A stretch of DNA of 64,000 nt, from positions 135,206 through 199,205 of the forward strand of contig JBEGVH010000031.1 of NCBI GenBank assembly GCA_041178425.1, in the 5' to 3' direction. Positions 42,884 to 52,390 of this stretch are shown here, piece after piece (the stretch's first letter is position 1; the number at the start of each line of letters is the position of its first letter). The DNA comes from Pseudomonadota bacterium. GTDB lineage: Bacteria; Bdellovibrionota; Bdellovibrionia; Bdellovibrionales; Bdellovibrionaceae. A model generated the notes under the pieces. That model was not told the origin of the DNA, did not search any database, and saw only the letters and a program-made list of their open reading frames with translations. Position numbers and translations under genes: made by a program.

Positions 42884-43645
42884 ATGTGGTCTATGTCAGA
42901 CCATTTAGATTTTAGTCCCGAACTATGGAGCCGTCTTGAGAAAGAAATTGATGCCCATCTACAGGCCGAAGGATCGCCTCATTATGCGGCCTTTGATGCC
43001 GACGGCACGCTCTGGGATGTCGATGCTGGCGAAACCTTTTTTCAATATCAAATTCAACATTCAGGATTAAAAAATTTGCCCTCCGATCCTTGGGCTCACT
43101 ACCATCAGTGGAAAGAGCGCGATCCTCGTGCCGCCTATTTGTGGTTGGCTCAAATTAGTCAGGGCCACAGTCTGGCTCAGGTTCGTCAATGGGCTAGGGA
43201 TTGTCGGCAAAAACAGGGACCTTGGCCCCTCTTTCCTGCACAAAAGAAATTGGTCCACTGGTTGCGGGCAAAAGGAATTCGAGTTTTTGTGGTTACGGCT
43301 TCTATCAAATGGGCTGTAGAACCATTTGCCGAATTATTAGGTCTTCACTACGACGATGTTATTGGGGTGGAGACACATGTTGAAGACGGAATCGTGACCG
43401 ACAGGCAAAAGGGCCAGATCACCTGGAAAGAAGGAAAAGCCCTTACCCTCATCGAGAAAACTCAGGGGCTGCGGCCTATTTTGTGTTGTGGTAATACCAT
43501 GGGCGATGCGGCCCTCATCGAAGCCTCTCAATTAGTTAAACTTGCTGTTTGTAGTTCGAAAGAAGGCGATGAGCTTTTTGAAACCGAGATCTCGCTGCAA
43601 AAAATGGCTCGCGAAAACAACTGGCTCTCCCACTCTTTTCGGTGA
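42884..43645 (+). CDS. HAD-superfamily hydrolase (subfamily IB-like)
   Basis: FDADGTLW, VVTAS, GKA, GNTMGD. Start is 42884 or 42893. Confidence 0.9.
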   Translation: MWSMSDHLDFSPELWSRLEKEIDAHLQAEGSPHYAAFDADGTLWDVDAGETFFQYQIQHSGLKNLPSDPWAHYHQWKERDPRAAYLWLAQISQGHSLAQVRQWARDCRQKQGPWPLFPAQKKLVHWLRAKGIRVFVVTASIKWAVEPFAELLGLHYDDVIGVETHVEDGIVTDRQKGQITWKEGKALTLIEKTQGLRPILCCGNTMGDAALIEASQLVKLAVCSSKEGDELFETEISLQKMARENNWLSHSFR

Positions 43646-43684
43646 GGCCAAAGGGCTATTTAGAATGTTGCTAAAAAACTGCAA

Positions 43685-44341
43685 CTAAAGAAATAGTTCG
43701 GTCGACTTAGGCATTGGGCTATCGTCAAACAAAGAGACTATATTTCGAGCCACACTTTCCTCATCATAATTCCCATCGATTCTCAGAACTGGGTTAGGCA
43801 TCGTTGCAAACAACGAATGAAAGTGTTGATGAATGGAGCGCTGGAATGACTCAAAGGTCTGTGGAGGAGCACCCCAGTAACGGCCTCTTCCACTTTCGTA
43901 GGGCGTCCAATCTTTTCGACGACGAGTGCAGTTTTCAAAAGTCACATCAAGGTGAATGGAAACATCAGGCTTTGGAAAATACTGGGCCGCTGAATTGCAC
44001 CAGAAAGAAAAAGGAACTCCGTAGGCGGCCTCGGAGGCAGCAAACTTATACCAATAGCCGTTAAAAATAGCGACCTCGGTATTGCTATCAATTTTGTCTA
44101 AAGAATTTTTGATCAGCGATTGCAGAAAGAGGGTACGGGCGATGGGTTCGAACTTTAGCAAAAAGAGATTGAGTGCTTCATTGAGAGTATTGGCGTCTGT
44201 GATCGACGCAAATTCACCAAGAGAAGTGAAAACAGATAAAACTTGGGTTTTTTGTCCACGACGAACAAAATAATCCTCTAAACGAGAGATCTGCGTGCCT
44301 TTACCACAAGCATCTGGTCCGGAAATAGCGATAAACTTCAT
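43685..44341 (-). CDS. Thymidylate kinase-like P-loop kinase (atypical)
   Basis: ISGPDACGKGTQ P-loop, PKPD...HLDV, IDG. The canonical DRY is replaced by NGY. Confidence 0.75.
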   Translation of the reverse strand: MKFIAISGPDACGKGTQISRLEDYFVRRGQKTQVLSVFTSLGEFASITDANTLNEALNLFLLKFEPIARTLFLQSLIKNSLDKIDSNTEVAIFNGYWYKFAASEAAYGVPFSFWCNSAAQYFPKPDVSIHLDVTFENCTRRRKDWTPYESGRGRYWGAPPQTFESFQRSIHQHFHSLFATMPNPVLRIDGNYDEESVARNIVSLFDDSPMPKSTELFL

Positions 44342-44517
44342 CGCTGTATCCCCTCAAGAGGCGACAATCCTTTGCGCATTTATTCTAATCCTTCAGGTTT
44401 CGCCGACAATCGATCGGCTTCTCCAAGGCCTACTGCCTTGGCGCTTCAGTTCTGATAAGCATATTTTGAATTGGCAGAAGGTCAAGTGCCCTTGTTTCGC
44501 AGAGCTCCAAGAAGTGA

Positions 44518-47037
44518 TTACTCACAATCCAGATAGACTTCTCCACCACTGCCATCAAGGGCGATTTCTTGACCATCTTTAATGAACGTTGTTGCTCCGG
44601 CCACGTTGAGAACCGACGGAATTCCATATTCGCGCGAAACAAGAGCCGTGTGCGAAAGAATGCCTCCCGACTCGCAAACCACTCCTGAAGCCAAAGAAAA
44701 CAGAGGCGTCCATCCTGGGTCAGTGTATCGAGCAACGAGAATCTCACCAGGTTTAAAATCATTCGCCTGAGAGAGGTCAGTGACAACGCGAGCACGGCCA
44801 CGAATTTGGCCTGAGCTCGCTCCAATGCCCTGAATCGTCGGGGCTAAAGCATTGAGCTCGTTGGCCGTCGATTGGTTACGGTAGCGACCGCCGAGTTCAG
44901 GGGGATGAGTGAAATTTTCGAAGCCATGAGCGTAATCCCTATTTTGTTGAGCTCGTGCTAGAAAATCTTCGTTTATTAATTCACCCGTAGCCAGCTGGAT
45001 AAGGTCCATCGGCGAGGAGTAAAAGATAAGTCCGCGGCTCCACGATGTGGTATCAACAGCAATTTTCTGGCGTTTAGCCAACGCAAGGACCGCTTGCCTA
45101 ATAAAGTAATACATGCGGAGCGAACAATCGCGTAGCTCCTCTCGTAGCCATATGTATCGTCTCAGGTCATCCAGTTTCTTGAGGCCGATATTTTGGGTAA
45201 AAGGCAAATAGCTTAACCAGCTTCTTCGATGGGCTTCGTTGATGTGTGCAACAGCCTTGTGAAAAATTTCGGTGGTGCGACTAGTTTCCTTTGGTACCTC
45301 GTCAGGATTGATGGAGGTCATTAAGTTCTTGAGCGTAAAGCAAACAAAGCGCGCATTTTCAATCCAGCGTGGGGCTCGTAAATCGAGATCTCGCTCGCTA
45401 TGATAGTAGTATTTTTTGGTAAAACTATTTAGCGCGCGAGCCAGGTCGCTTGGAAGAAGGTGGATTTCTTGCTTTGTTATGACAGGGTATTTAGTGAGCA
45501 GGTCTTCGAGAGCAGCAATATTTTCGTCGGATTTTAAAAATCCTGCTAATTGATGAAGTTCTTTTGCTGCTTGTGTGGCCCGCGAAAAGCCAAGGTCAGC
45601 GATCAGTGCAATGTATTCAAGTTGGCAATAGGCCTCTTTGTAGATTTCGAAAAACCGCATGAACTCATGTTTGCCTCCCAAGATATTAAATACGGTTCGC
45701 AAATACTCAGCTTCAACTAAATAATGATCTTCGAACAGTCGTCCAAGCTCGATCGCAAGGTCTGGGCGCGAAAGCTCTTCCCATTTGGTGTTGAGGTATT
45801 TTTTTTCGAGTTTGAAAAAGTCTTTAACAAATGTTTCGCTTCGATTGAGTTGAGCTTTAAACTCAATATTAACGGCAAGTGAGGTTTTAATCGATCGAAA
45901 GAGACGTTTGGGCGAATACTTTCGATAGAACTGCGAGCGAGAGGTGGGTTTATCAATCGTTTGACTGATCTCAGGCGGATGGATGGCAAGATCTTGGTGA
46001 AAGAGAGACTCGTTAAAAAATGAATCCCTTTTTAAAATGTCTTGAAGGGCCCGAAGGTTCCAATAAGGTCGAGCATAAAAAACCTGTAGCCAAGAGTTCT
46101 CAAGGTGATCTTGTTCCTTGATCAGTTTTATTTTTCGTAAATACTCAGGCAATACCTTTGAGAAAGCTTGGGCGTACATTGACCACGAGAGGGGAGCGAC
46201 GACCGACGATGCAATACCGCCCTCTCGAAACAAAGCCGTGGTCCACTCTCCGTGGGCATGGTTGAACTGCAAATTGTGTATGGTTTGGGTTTGAATTAAA
46301 AAAAGTTCTTCGCCCTTGAAGTGAAAATCAATTCTTTGAGGCCTGCCGAAATGCGCCTGTAAGGTATGCCCGGCATACCTTAGTAAACTCAACTCTTCCT
46401 GTTTAAGATAAACATTATCGTTTTCTTCTCCGGAGAGTATAGTGCAAGGTCCAAACCATGAAATTCGGTAGCGACTAGGCGTAGTCTCATTCATTGGTGA
46501 GTTAAGGGGGAGTGGTCCTCTGAGGGCCTCAACCAGCATCTCTCTGTCATTTCCTGTTTCAGGCGGAATGGTAAACAAAGTACCTGAGACATCGGCCTCG
46601 ATATAATCCTGAACGATAACGGCCATTTTAATAGATGTTGGATTGATATTAAAGCGCTCACAGTATTTCTGTAGCGACTCGGAGCAAGCGGCTCTCCAAC
46701 ACAACTCGATGGCGGCGATGACTTCGTCTGCTGATGAGAGGTGAGTAAAGCTTTGAAAAAGGCTCGCCACAGGTGGATTCGAGTGGCTTTCGAGACTGCA
46801 CGAAGGTAGAACGGTCCAGCGCTTCTCATGAAGGGCCTCGAGTTTATTTATGATAACAGATTTTTGTTCTTGGGTTAGTGGAGCACCACCCCTTTTTAGG
46901 AACTCCTCAAAGTGTGAGTGATCTAAAATGAAAAAAGGGGGAGCATGAAGTCCCAGTTGCTGCATCTCTATCAACGCTTTAGCTTTAGTTCCAATCGTAT
47001 CCATCACACTAAAGCCTAGGTTGGGGCTCATGGACAC
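44518..47037 (-). CDS. PEP-utilising/rifampin-phosphotransferase-like protein (ATP-grasp, central domain, swivel His domain)
   Basis: G.KA, MAVIVQ, SG.LFT; C-terminal TDPGWTPLF...GGILSHTALVSREYGIP. Start is 47037 or 47031. Confidence 0.85.
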   Translation of the reverse strand: MSMSPNLGFSVMDTIGTKAKALIEMQQLGLHAPPFFILDHSHFEEFLKRGGAPLTQEQKSVIINKLEALHEKRWTVLPSCSLESHSNPPVASLFQSFTHLSSADEVIAAIELCWRAACSESLQKYCERFNINPTSIKMAVIVQDYIEADVSGTLFTIPPETGNDREMLVEALRGPLPLNSPMNETTPSRYRISWFGPCTILSGEENDNVYLKQEELSLLRYAGHTLQAHFGRPQRIDFHFKGEELFLIQTQTIHNLQFNHAHGEWTTALFREGGIASSVVAPLSWSMYAQAFSKVLPEYLRKIKLIKEQDHLENSWLQVFYARPYWNLRALQDILKRDSFFNESLFHQDLAIHPPEISQTIDKPTSRSQFYRKYSPKRLFRSIKTSLAVNIEFKAQLNRSETFVKDFFKLEKKYLNTKWEELSRPDLAIELGRLFEDHYLVEAEYLRTVFNILGGKHEFMRFFEIYKEAYCQLEYIALIADLGFSRATQAAKELHQLAGFLKSDENIAALEDLLTKYPVITKQEIHLLPSDLARALNSFTKKYYYHSERDLDLRAPRWIENARFVCFTLKNLMTSINPDEVPKETSRTTEIFHKAVAHINEAHRRSWLSYLPFTQNIGLKKLDDLRRYIWLREELRDCSLRMYYFIRQAVLALAKRQKIAVDTTSWSRGLIFYSSPMDLIQLATGELINEDFLARAQQNRDYAHGFENFTHPPELGGRYRNQSTANELNALAPTIQGIGASSGQIRGRARVVTDLSQANDFKPGEILVARYTDPGWTPLFSLASGVVCESGGILSHTALVSREYGIPSVLNVAGATTFIKDGQEIALDGSGGEVYLDCE

Positions 47038-47076
47038 TCAAGTGAATTTTTTTATTCATGCACTAAGCATGGCGAA

Positions 47077-48138
47077 TTATTTTTTAACTTGCCAAAAGTA
47101 GTCATTAAGCCCTAGGGCCAGGTCTTCAATCGCTTTGGCATCGCGGGCGCACTCGCTGACTTGCTGAAATGGCAGGACTAAGGTTTGGTTGTCGTAGGTA
47201 ACGGTGTATTCCTTCTCTCGATCAGTGCATTCACCGAGAACAGTGAGGGACGGCACAAGACGCTTCAGTTTATTTAGATTTTTAGGAGCTACGAACAGAA
47301 GATTTTGCAAATCACCGAGGTCGCTCATCCACAACATTAAAGGATGCAGTTGGTTTCGCTTACAAAAGTGAAGGGCCTGGGAATGAACTAAGGGAGGTTG
47401 CCAGTGCAAACTAAAGCCGACCTTATTAAGGCGGGCAATAATATGAAGACACGCCGCGAGGCCATCACTGGTATCGATCGAGGCATTCACCCAAGGGCGG
47501 AGCTTCGGCATGAGTTGTATTTGTGGCGAAGGACGAAAGAGTTTTTCTGGAAAGTCCGTCTCATCCTTTTTTAAAAGGTAACGAAAGGCGATGCAGGGGC
47601 CTACACCCAATTTTTTGGTTTCGAGCATGACGACGAGATCCCCTGGGCGAGCTCCCAAGCGAGTGAGTGGTTGAACAGGCGAGGTTCCAAAAATAGAAGA
47701 CGTCATCACGGGGTCGGCCGAATACCCAGAGTCACCACCCAATAATCCGACCCCCGCCTTTTTGAGAGCGGCATTGGCTCCTCGATAAAAGGCCCTCTTA
47801 ATAGAATCATTGGTTTTAAATTTCCATTGGGTAGAGAGCAGCAGGCCGAGTGGCGTTGCTCCGGTGGCGCTGAGGTCAGACACCGACGACATAACGGTGA
47901 GCCATCCCCAAAGATAAGGATCTTGATAGAGCCCGATCGACATTTCTTCGCCGAGGGAATCGGTTGAAGCACAGAAATAGTGCTTACCTTTTTTTGAGAT
48001 AGTCATTTCAACAATTTCACAATCAGACTCAAAGAGATGATTGAGCTGTTGCGGTGATTTTGGGGAGTGTTGAGTGAGCGAAAGAACTTCCTTGAACTCG
48101 CGGATATTTTTCATAGAGGAGGGCGCTGAATGTTTCAT
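47077..48138 (-). CDS. ThiL/PurM-superfamily kinase (thiamine-phosphate kinase-like)
   Basis: STD, SDLSATGATP, GGDS, GARPGD, IDTSDGL. Confidence 0.75.
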   Translation of the reverse strand: MKHSAPSSMKNIREFKEVLSLTQHSPKSPQQLNHLFESDCEIVEMTISKKGKHYFCASTDSLGEEMSIGLYQDPYLWGWLTVMSSVSDLSATGATPLGLLLSTQWKFKTNDSIKRAFYRGANAALKKAGVGLLGGDSGYSADPVMTSSIFGTSPVQPLTRLGARPGDLVVMLETKKLGVGPCIAFRYLLKKDETDFPEKLFRPSPQIQLMPKLRPWVNASIDTSDGLAACLHIIARLNKVGFSLHWQPPLVHSQALHFCKRNQLHPLMLWMSDLGDLQNLLFVAPKNLNKLKRLVPSLTVLGECTDREKEYTVTYDNQTLVLPFQQVSECARDAKAIEDLALGLNDYFWQVKK

Positions 48139-48303
48139 GAACTAGACCTTTCGCGAGCACACTGGCTGCTTTCATCCTGGACCTTCATCGAGTCTCAGTC
48201 AAACAAGAGTCGGTGTGCACCGTTGCTAGAGCGGTGGCTTTGTTGACCGCCTTTTTTTAAGCTGCCACCATTAAAACAAGTTCAGTAAAGCCACGGAGGG
48301 CTA

Positions 48304-48699
48304 ATGCGTAAGTTAATTTTGATTTCGATGATCATGATTTCACCTTTTGCATCGACTGGCACACTTAAGTATCGCATTCAGATGAATCTCTCTCGAGGCG
48401 GCGAAGTAGTTTCCACTGGAACTTTTTTAGCTCGTAACGGAGAGGCTGTTGAAATTTCTCAAGGTAATACCAACACGAATCACATTATCGAAGTCACTGC
48501 TATTGAAACAACCTTCAATGGCGAATCCATGATTCATCTCAAGCTCAAAGTCGAGGGCGTTGAGAAGAATGGCGAAAGAGTAGTTATTGCCGAACCAGAA
48601 ATTCTCGCCCATGAAAACCAAATGGCTGAGCTAGTTGTTGGAAGCCAAGAAAAACAAAATGATCTTCAGGTGAATATCATCGCCGAGCGGACGCTCTAA
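48304..48699 (+). CDS. Small secreted hypothetical protein
   Basis: GGAGG SD, signal peptide, all-beta composition, PEILAHENQMAELVVG. Confidence 0.65.
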   Translation: MRKLILISMIMISPFASTGTLKYRIQMNLSRGGEVVSTGTFLARNGEAVEISQGNTNTNHIIEVTAIETTFNGESMIHLKLKVEGVEKNGERVVIAEPEILAHENQMAELVVGSQEKQNDLQVNIIAERTL

Positions 48700-48709
48700 C
48701 CCTAGAAGC

Positions 48710-49402
48710 CTAGAGAATTAATCGATGGCCTCGTTCAGGATGCACAACTAACTGGACCTTTGAACAGCGTTCTTTCACTCGCTCCGCAATAGACACATAA
48801 GTTTTATCAAGGGCACCTACGTGCCACTCTAAAGAAGAAGAGATAGTTGGCAATTGGGGCCAGTAGTTGGGTTGGCGGCCGAGGCTCCAATGAGCTAGAC
48901 CTTCGGCGAGGCCGTCGCGATCAAACTTGTTTTCCTTACGAACCACAGGTTTATCCACAGTGTTGGGTTCGAGCAATACGGGCTGCGAATGCCACTCAGT
49001 CATCAGCGACTCCCAATTCTGATGGCGGAATTTTTCTGCCCAGGTGAGGTCGCGCTGCAAACGTGAATCTCTTTCGTTTTCGGTTTCGAGACCAGGGTTG
49101 GCCGAAATAATCACGGCCTTTTCGAAGAGAGCAGAATCTTCAACGAGAGCGCCCAGGGCGAGCCGCCCCCCCATCGAATAACCCCATAGTTCGAGATGAT
49201 AACCTTCCGCTTTTTTAGCCCGACAGAAGTCGAGAAAGACTTTGGTCCAGTCGGCAAGCGACAAGCTGCAATGGAGTTCAGAGTCTGTCCACAGGTTCGG
49301 GGCTAAAAAATGTTTGTTCGCGGCGTTTTGTATTCGCCATGGTGTCCAGTCTTCGGGAAGTCCGAGAAAACCATGCAGAGCTATAACAAGTGTGTTTTCC
49401 AT
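48710..49402 (-). CDS. menH: SHCHC synthase (alpha/beta hydrolase)
   Basis: LHGFLG, GYSMGGR, R...D..WA, G..D, C-terminal GH; downstream of menD. Confidence 0.85.
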   Translation of the reverse strand: MENTLVIALHGFLGLPEDWTPWRIQNAANKHFLAPNLWTDSELHCSLSLADWTKVFLDFCRAKKAEGYHLELWGYSMGGRLALGALVEDSALFEKAVIISANPGLETENERDSRLQRDLTWAEKFRHQNWESLMTEWHSQPVLLEPNTVDKPVVRKENKFDRDGLAEGLAHWSLGRQPNYWPQLPTISSSLEWHVGALDKTYVSIAERVKERCSKVQLVVHPERGHRLIL

Positions 49403-51024
49403 AGGCGATCTATCTCTGCGCGTAAAGCGAGCGTTGCTTGTTCATCGGGGCGAAGTTCGAGAATGTGTGGTGGTTTCGTGAGATGGGTTGAATCAATTCG
49501 ATCTAAACAAGAATAACTGAGACCCCACATTTGTGCCCATCCAGAAAAGCCCAGGCTGTGTTTATTAATAAAAGCCTCGCGTCCGAACATGGGTTGAAAA
49601 ATCTGTCCACCCGAGTTGTTCATGATAACCAAGGTAAAATTTTGATGCTCAGCTGAGAGCTGCGACAAAATCCAAGGAGCACTCAAATCGTACAAAGTCG
49701 TAAGGTCGCCTAACAAGGCCCAGGTTTGTTGGCCTTTGGGCATCCACCCATAGTACGAAGACAACTGGCCATCAATGCCATTCGCTCCGCGGTTTCCAGC
49801 CACGGCTTTGGATAAAATGGGTTGGGCTATCCAATCCCACTCGCGAACAGGCAAACTGTTTCCGAGATAGAGAGGCTGTTCTCCCACAAGTTGCGAAAGC
49901 TTTCTTACCAGCGACAGCTCGGCGCGTGGGTGAGAGGCAAGAGTTGCGGAGATTTTTTCTGTGAGTTCGTTATCGAGCGTGCGCCACGAGGCAGTCAGGG
50001 AGGACTCAAAATTTTTAGTGGCGAAGGATTGATAATGATCAACAACTGCAGAAAGGCAGGCAAGGGGTGCCATCGTCGAGGCACGGGCCAGGCCACTAAA
50101 AGGGCTGTTGGCTAAAGTCAAAACCGGAAGGAGAAAACGTTCTTCTAAATCTCGCCATATTCGAGTTGTGGGCACAGAACCAATGCGAATGACTCCGTCG
50201 AATACTTTTTTCTCGAGAAGATGCTGAATGAAACGTTCGCCCGATTTAATTCGACTGGCTTCAAGCGAAGGGTGTCCGCGAAGACCCGAAAGCGACTCAA
50301 TCCACCAAGCGCCGTTGAAATTTTCGAGAGACTGCCTGACAGAATTTTGTTCCTTGGTGCTCAGCCCACTGATGAGAAAAAGGGGATTACGACACTGATG
50401 AAAAAAAACGTCGAGCGCTTTTAGAGTTTCTTCTTGGGACGGTTGAAATTCGTTTTTTTCATCCTTATTGGCATCATCATTAAAGTTGTAAGGTCTCGGC
50501 GTTTGACAGAGAGAGGGAATCGATCCCGTCAAAAGGGGTTCACTAAAACACACATTCAAGTGCAGAGGTATTTTTTGCGACCAACGCAAATGTTTGAGGG
50601 CACTAAGGTCGTCATCAAGATCAATCGTTGGTAAACTGTAATGAGAAAAAATCCCTAGTTGCTCAATAGATTGAGGCGCACCGGTTTGTCGATAAGATGG
50701 CGGCCGATCGGCGGTAATAAAAATCAAAGGTGTTTGTGTGTAGTACGCTTCAACCGCCGTTGAAATTAACTCGGTGGCCGCCGTTCCGCTAGTGGTAATG
50801 ATGGCGACGGGTTTTTGTGTTTGTTGGGCCCGTCCCAAAGCAAAAAAGGCCGCTGATCTTTCTTCGAAGAAAGAATACAACTGGCCGGATTTCTCAAGGA
50901 GAATTCGATTTTCATCAAGCACGGTGATGAACGGGCTATTGCGGGCGCCCGCACAGAGGCAAAAATCGACAACACCTAAGGAACGCACGAACTCGATAAC
51001 TTCTGCTGCTTTCGTTAGGTTCAT
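49381..51024 (-). CDS. menD: SEPHCHC synthase
   Basis: GARNSP, EERSAAFFALG, TTSGTA, TADRP, GNRGANGIDG, GDL...YD, NNSGGQIF. ATG at 51024. Confidence 0.93.
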   Translation of the reverse strand: MNLTKAAEVIEFVRSLGVVDFCLCAGARNSPFITVLDENRILLEKSGQLYSFFEERSAAFFALGRAQQTQKPVAIITTSGTAATELISTAVEAYYTQTPLIFITADRPPSYRQTGAPQSIEQLGIFSHYSLPTIDLDDDLSALKHLRWSQKIPLHLNVCFSEPLLTGSIPSLCQTPRPYNFNDDANKDEKNEFQPSQEETLKALDVFFHQCRNPLFLISGLSTKEQNSVRQSLENFNGAWWIESLSGLRGHPSLEASRIKSGERFIQHLLEKKVFDGVIRIGSVPTTRIWRDLEERFLLPVLTLANSPFSGLARASTMAPLACLSAVVDHYQSFATKNFESSLTASWRTLDNELTEKISATLASHPRAELSLVRKLSQLVGEQPLYLGNSLPVREWDWIAQPILSKAVAGNRGANGIDGQLSSYYGWMPKGQQTWALLGDLTTLYDLSAPWILSQLSAEHQNFTLVIMNNSGGQIFQPMFGREAFINKHSLGFSGWAQMWGLSYSCLDRIDSTHLTKPPHILELRPDEQATLALRAEIDRLWKTHLL

Positions 51025-51148
51025 AGGGTTGTGCCTCCAAAAAAATCGCGAAAAGGCCATGGGCCAGTCCACATTAAAATTTTTAGGCTAACGAGCTTCG
51101 GAGTGCAAGTTAAACGAGGTCTAATAAACGCTTACACTTCAGCGACGA

Positions 51149-52315
51149 TTATGAACTGATGCCCAGGAGGGCTTTGACTGATTCTCTTTTGGCGCGCAGT
51201 TCCTGCCACTCACGATCGGCTTCGCTGAGTGCAACGATACCGCAGCCGGCCCGAATTTTTGCTACGCCGTTGCCCCACTCGATGTTTCGAATACCAACGA
51301 GGCAAAGAAATCCATCGGGTGTTTGCAAGCCAAAGGGCGCACCAAAATGTCCGAGGTTTTGGTGACCTCGCAAATTTTTCAACCATCCCCAAGGGGTATT
51401 TTTCGAACGCAGGCCCAGCGCTGATGACGGATGCAAAATCCGAATGAGTTCATAATCCGTGGAATCCGTGGGGACAGACCCCGAATCCAGTGTTCCTTCA
51501 ATGGCCGTGAACAAGTGAAAAAGATGAGGAAGTTCAATAACCTTGGGCCCATCAACCAACACCACCGCCTTCGATACGTTGGGGACCGAGCGGTTGGGGA
51601 CGGAGCTCTTAAAAAACGTCTGCAGTTTTTCAGTAAGATCATCGATCACAAACTGATGCTCTAGGCGTTCTTTAGCATCACCTAACAATTGTTCGGCCTG
51701 GAGCTCGGAGGACCGCTCTTTATTTTTTGGAAGAGTTCCCGCCAAGGCCATTGTTTGAATCTGCTGTCCTTTTCGGGCAAAAAGTAACTCTGGGGTGGCT
51801 CCTAAAACTCCAGAATTGTCATTCCAGTGGCCGTAAACGAATAAATTTCCCGAACAATTTTGAAGAAGCTGCCACAACAAATACAACCGCTCATCGGGGG
51901 ACGGAGCTCTTTCCCCCTGCTCCTCGGTCATGACAACGGCTTTATCTAAAAGCCCCTCGTTAATAGCTGATTTTATTACGAAAAAATCTGAATCAAAGCT
52001 GGCGCGATCGGCCGTTTTCCACTTTGGCAAAAATCGAAAATCATTAAGTTTTCTCTTTAAATTCAAGGCTGCCAAAAGTTCCTCGCGCCCAAACTTGTGG
52101 CATTCACTGAAGGATTGCCGATGCTGGAGCGAGAGATCAAAAAACAACGGGGTAAATACTCCCTCTGATGGGGAGACTGCTTCGGAGGTCGTTTGCGCCG
52201 CCGAGGGACTATTTTCGCTCTCCCCATGGGAAAAAACAAAAAAAGACCCATCTAAATCTTGCGCAATGGCCCCTGGCCTTGAGAGTATTTGGAGAATAGA
52301 AATTGCATCCAACAT
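51149..52315 (-). CDS. menF: Isochorismate synthase
   Basis: GATPELL, TMALAGT, KERLEH..V, LHPS.A, AGCGIV..S..EW.E..K. ATG at 52315. Confidence 0.88.
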   Translation of the reverse strand: MLDAISILQILSRPGAIAQDLDGSFFVFSHGESENSPSAAQTTSEAVSPSEGVFTPLFFDLSLQHRQSFSECHKFGREELLAALNLKRKLNDFRFLPKWKTADRASFDSDFFVIKSAINEGLLDKAVVMTEEQGERAPSPDERLYLLWQLLQNCSGNLFVYGHWNDNSGVLGATPELLFARKGQQIQTMALAGTLPKNKERSSELQAEQLLGDAKERLEHQFVIDDLTEKLQTFFKSSVPNRSVPNVSKAVVLVDGPKVIELPHLFHLFTAIEGTLDSGSVPTDSTDYELIRILHPSSALGLRSKNTPWGWLKNLRGHQNLGHFGAPFGLQTPDGFLCLVGIRNIEWGNGVAKIRAGCGIVALSEADREWQELRAKRESVKALLGISS

Positions 52316-52390
52316 AGGGTTTTTATACCTTGGTGAAATTGTAAATTCAAAATGGTATTTGAATCTATTGTGTGTTAGAGGTTGGCACTG

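Noticed and set aside
44395..44452. Hammerhead or glycine-riboswitch reading of the TMK leader
   Set aside because: The CUGANGA core and the CUCAGG element are not correctly placed; kept only as a generic structured leader.
44430..44825. Alternative-frame ORF extending past the stop of the PEP-utilising gene (possible frameshift)
   Set aside because: The main frame ends naturally after the complete swivel domain (DGSGGEVYL).
48139..48303. TPP riboswitch upstream of the ThiL-like gene (CTGAGA present on the minus strand)
   Set aside because: No CCUGA/P4-P5 half of the aptamer follows it.
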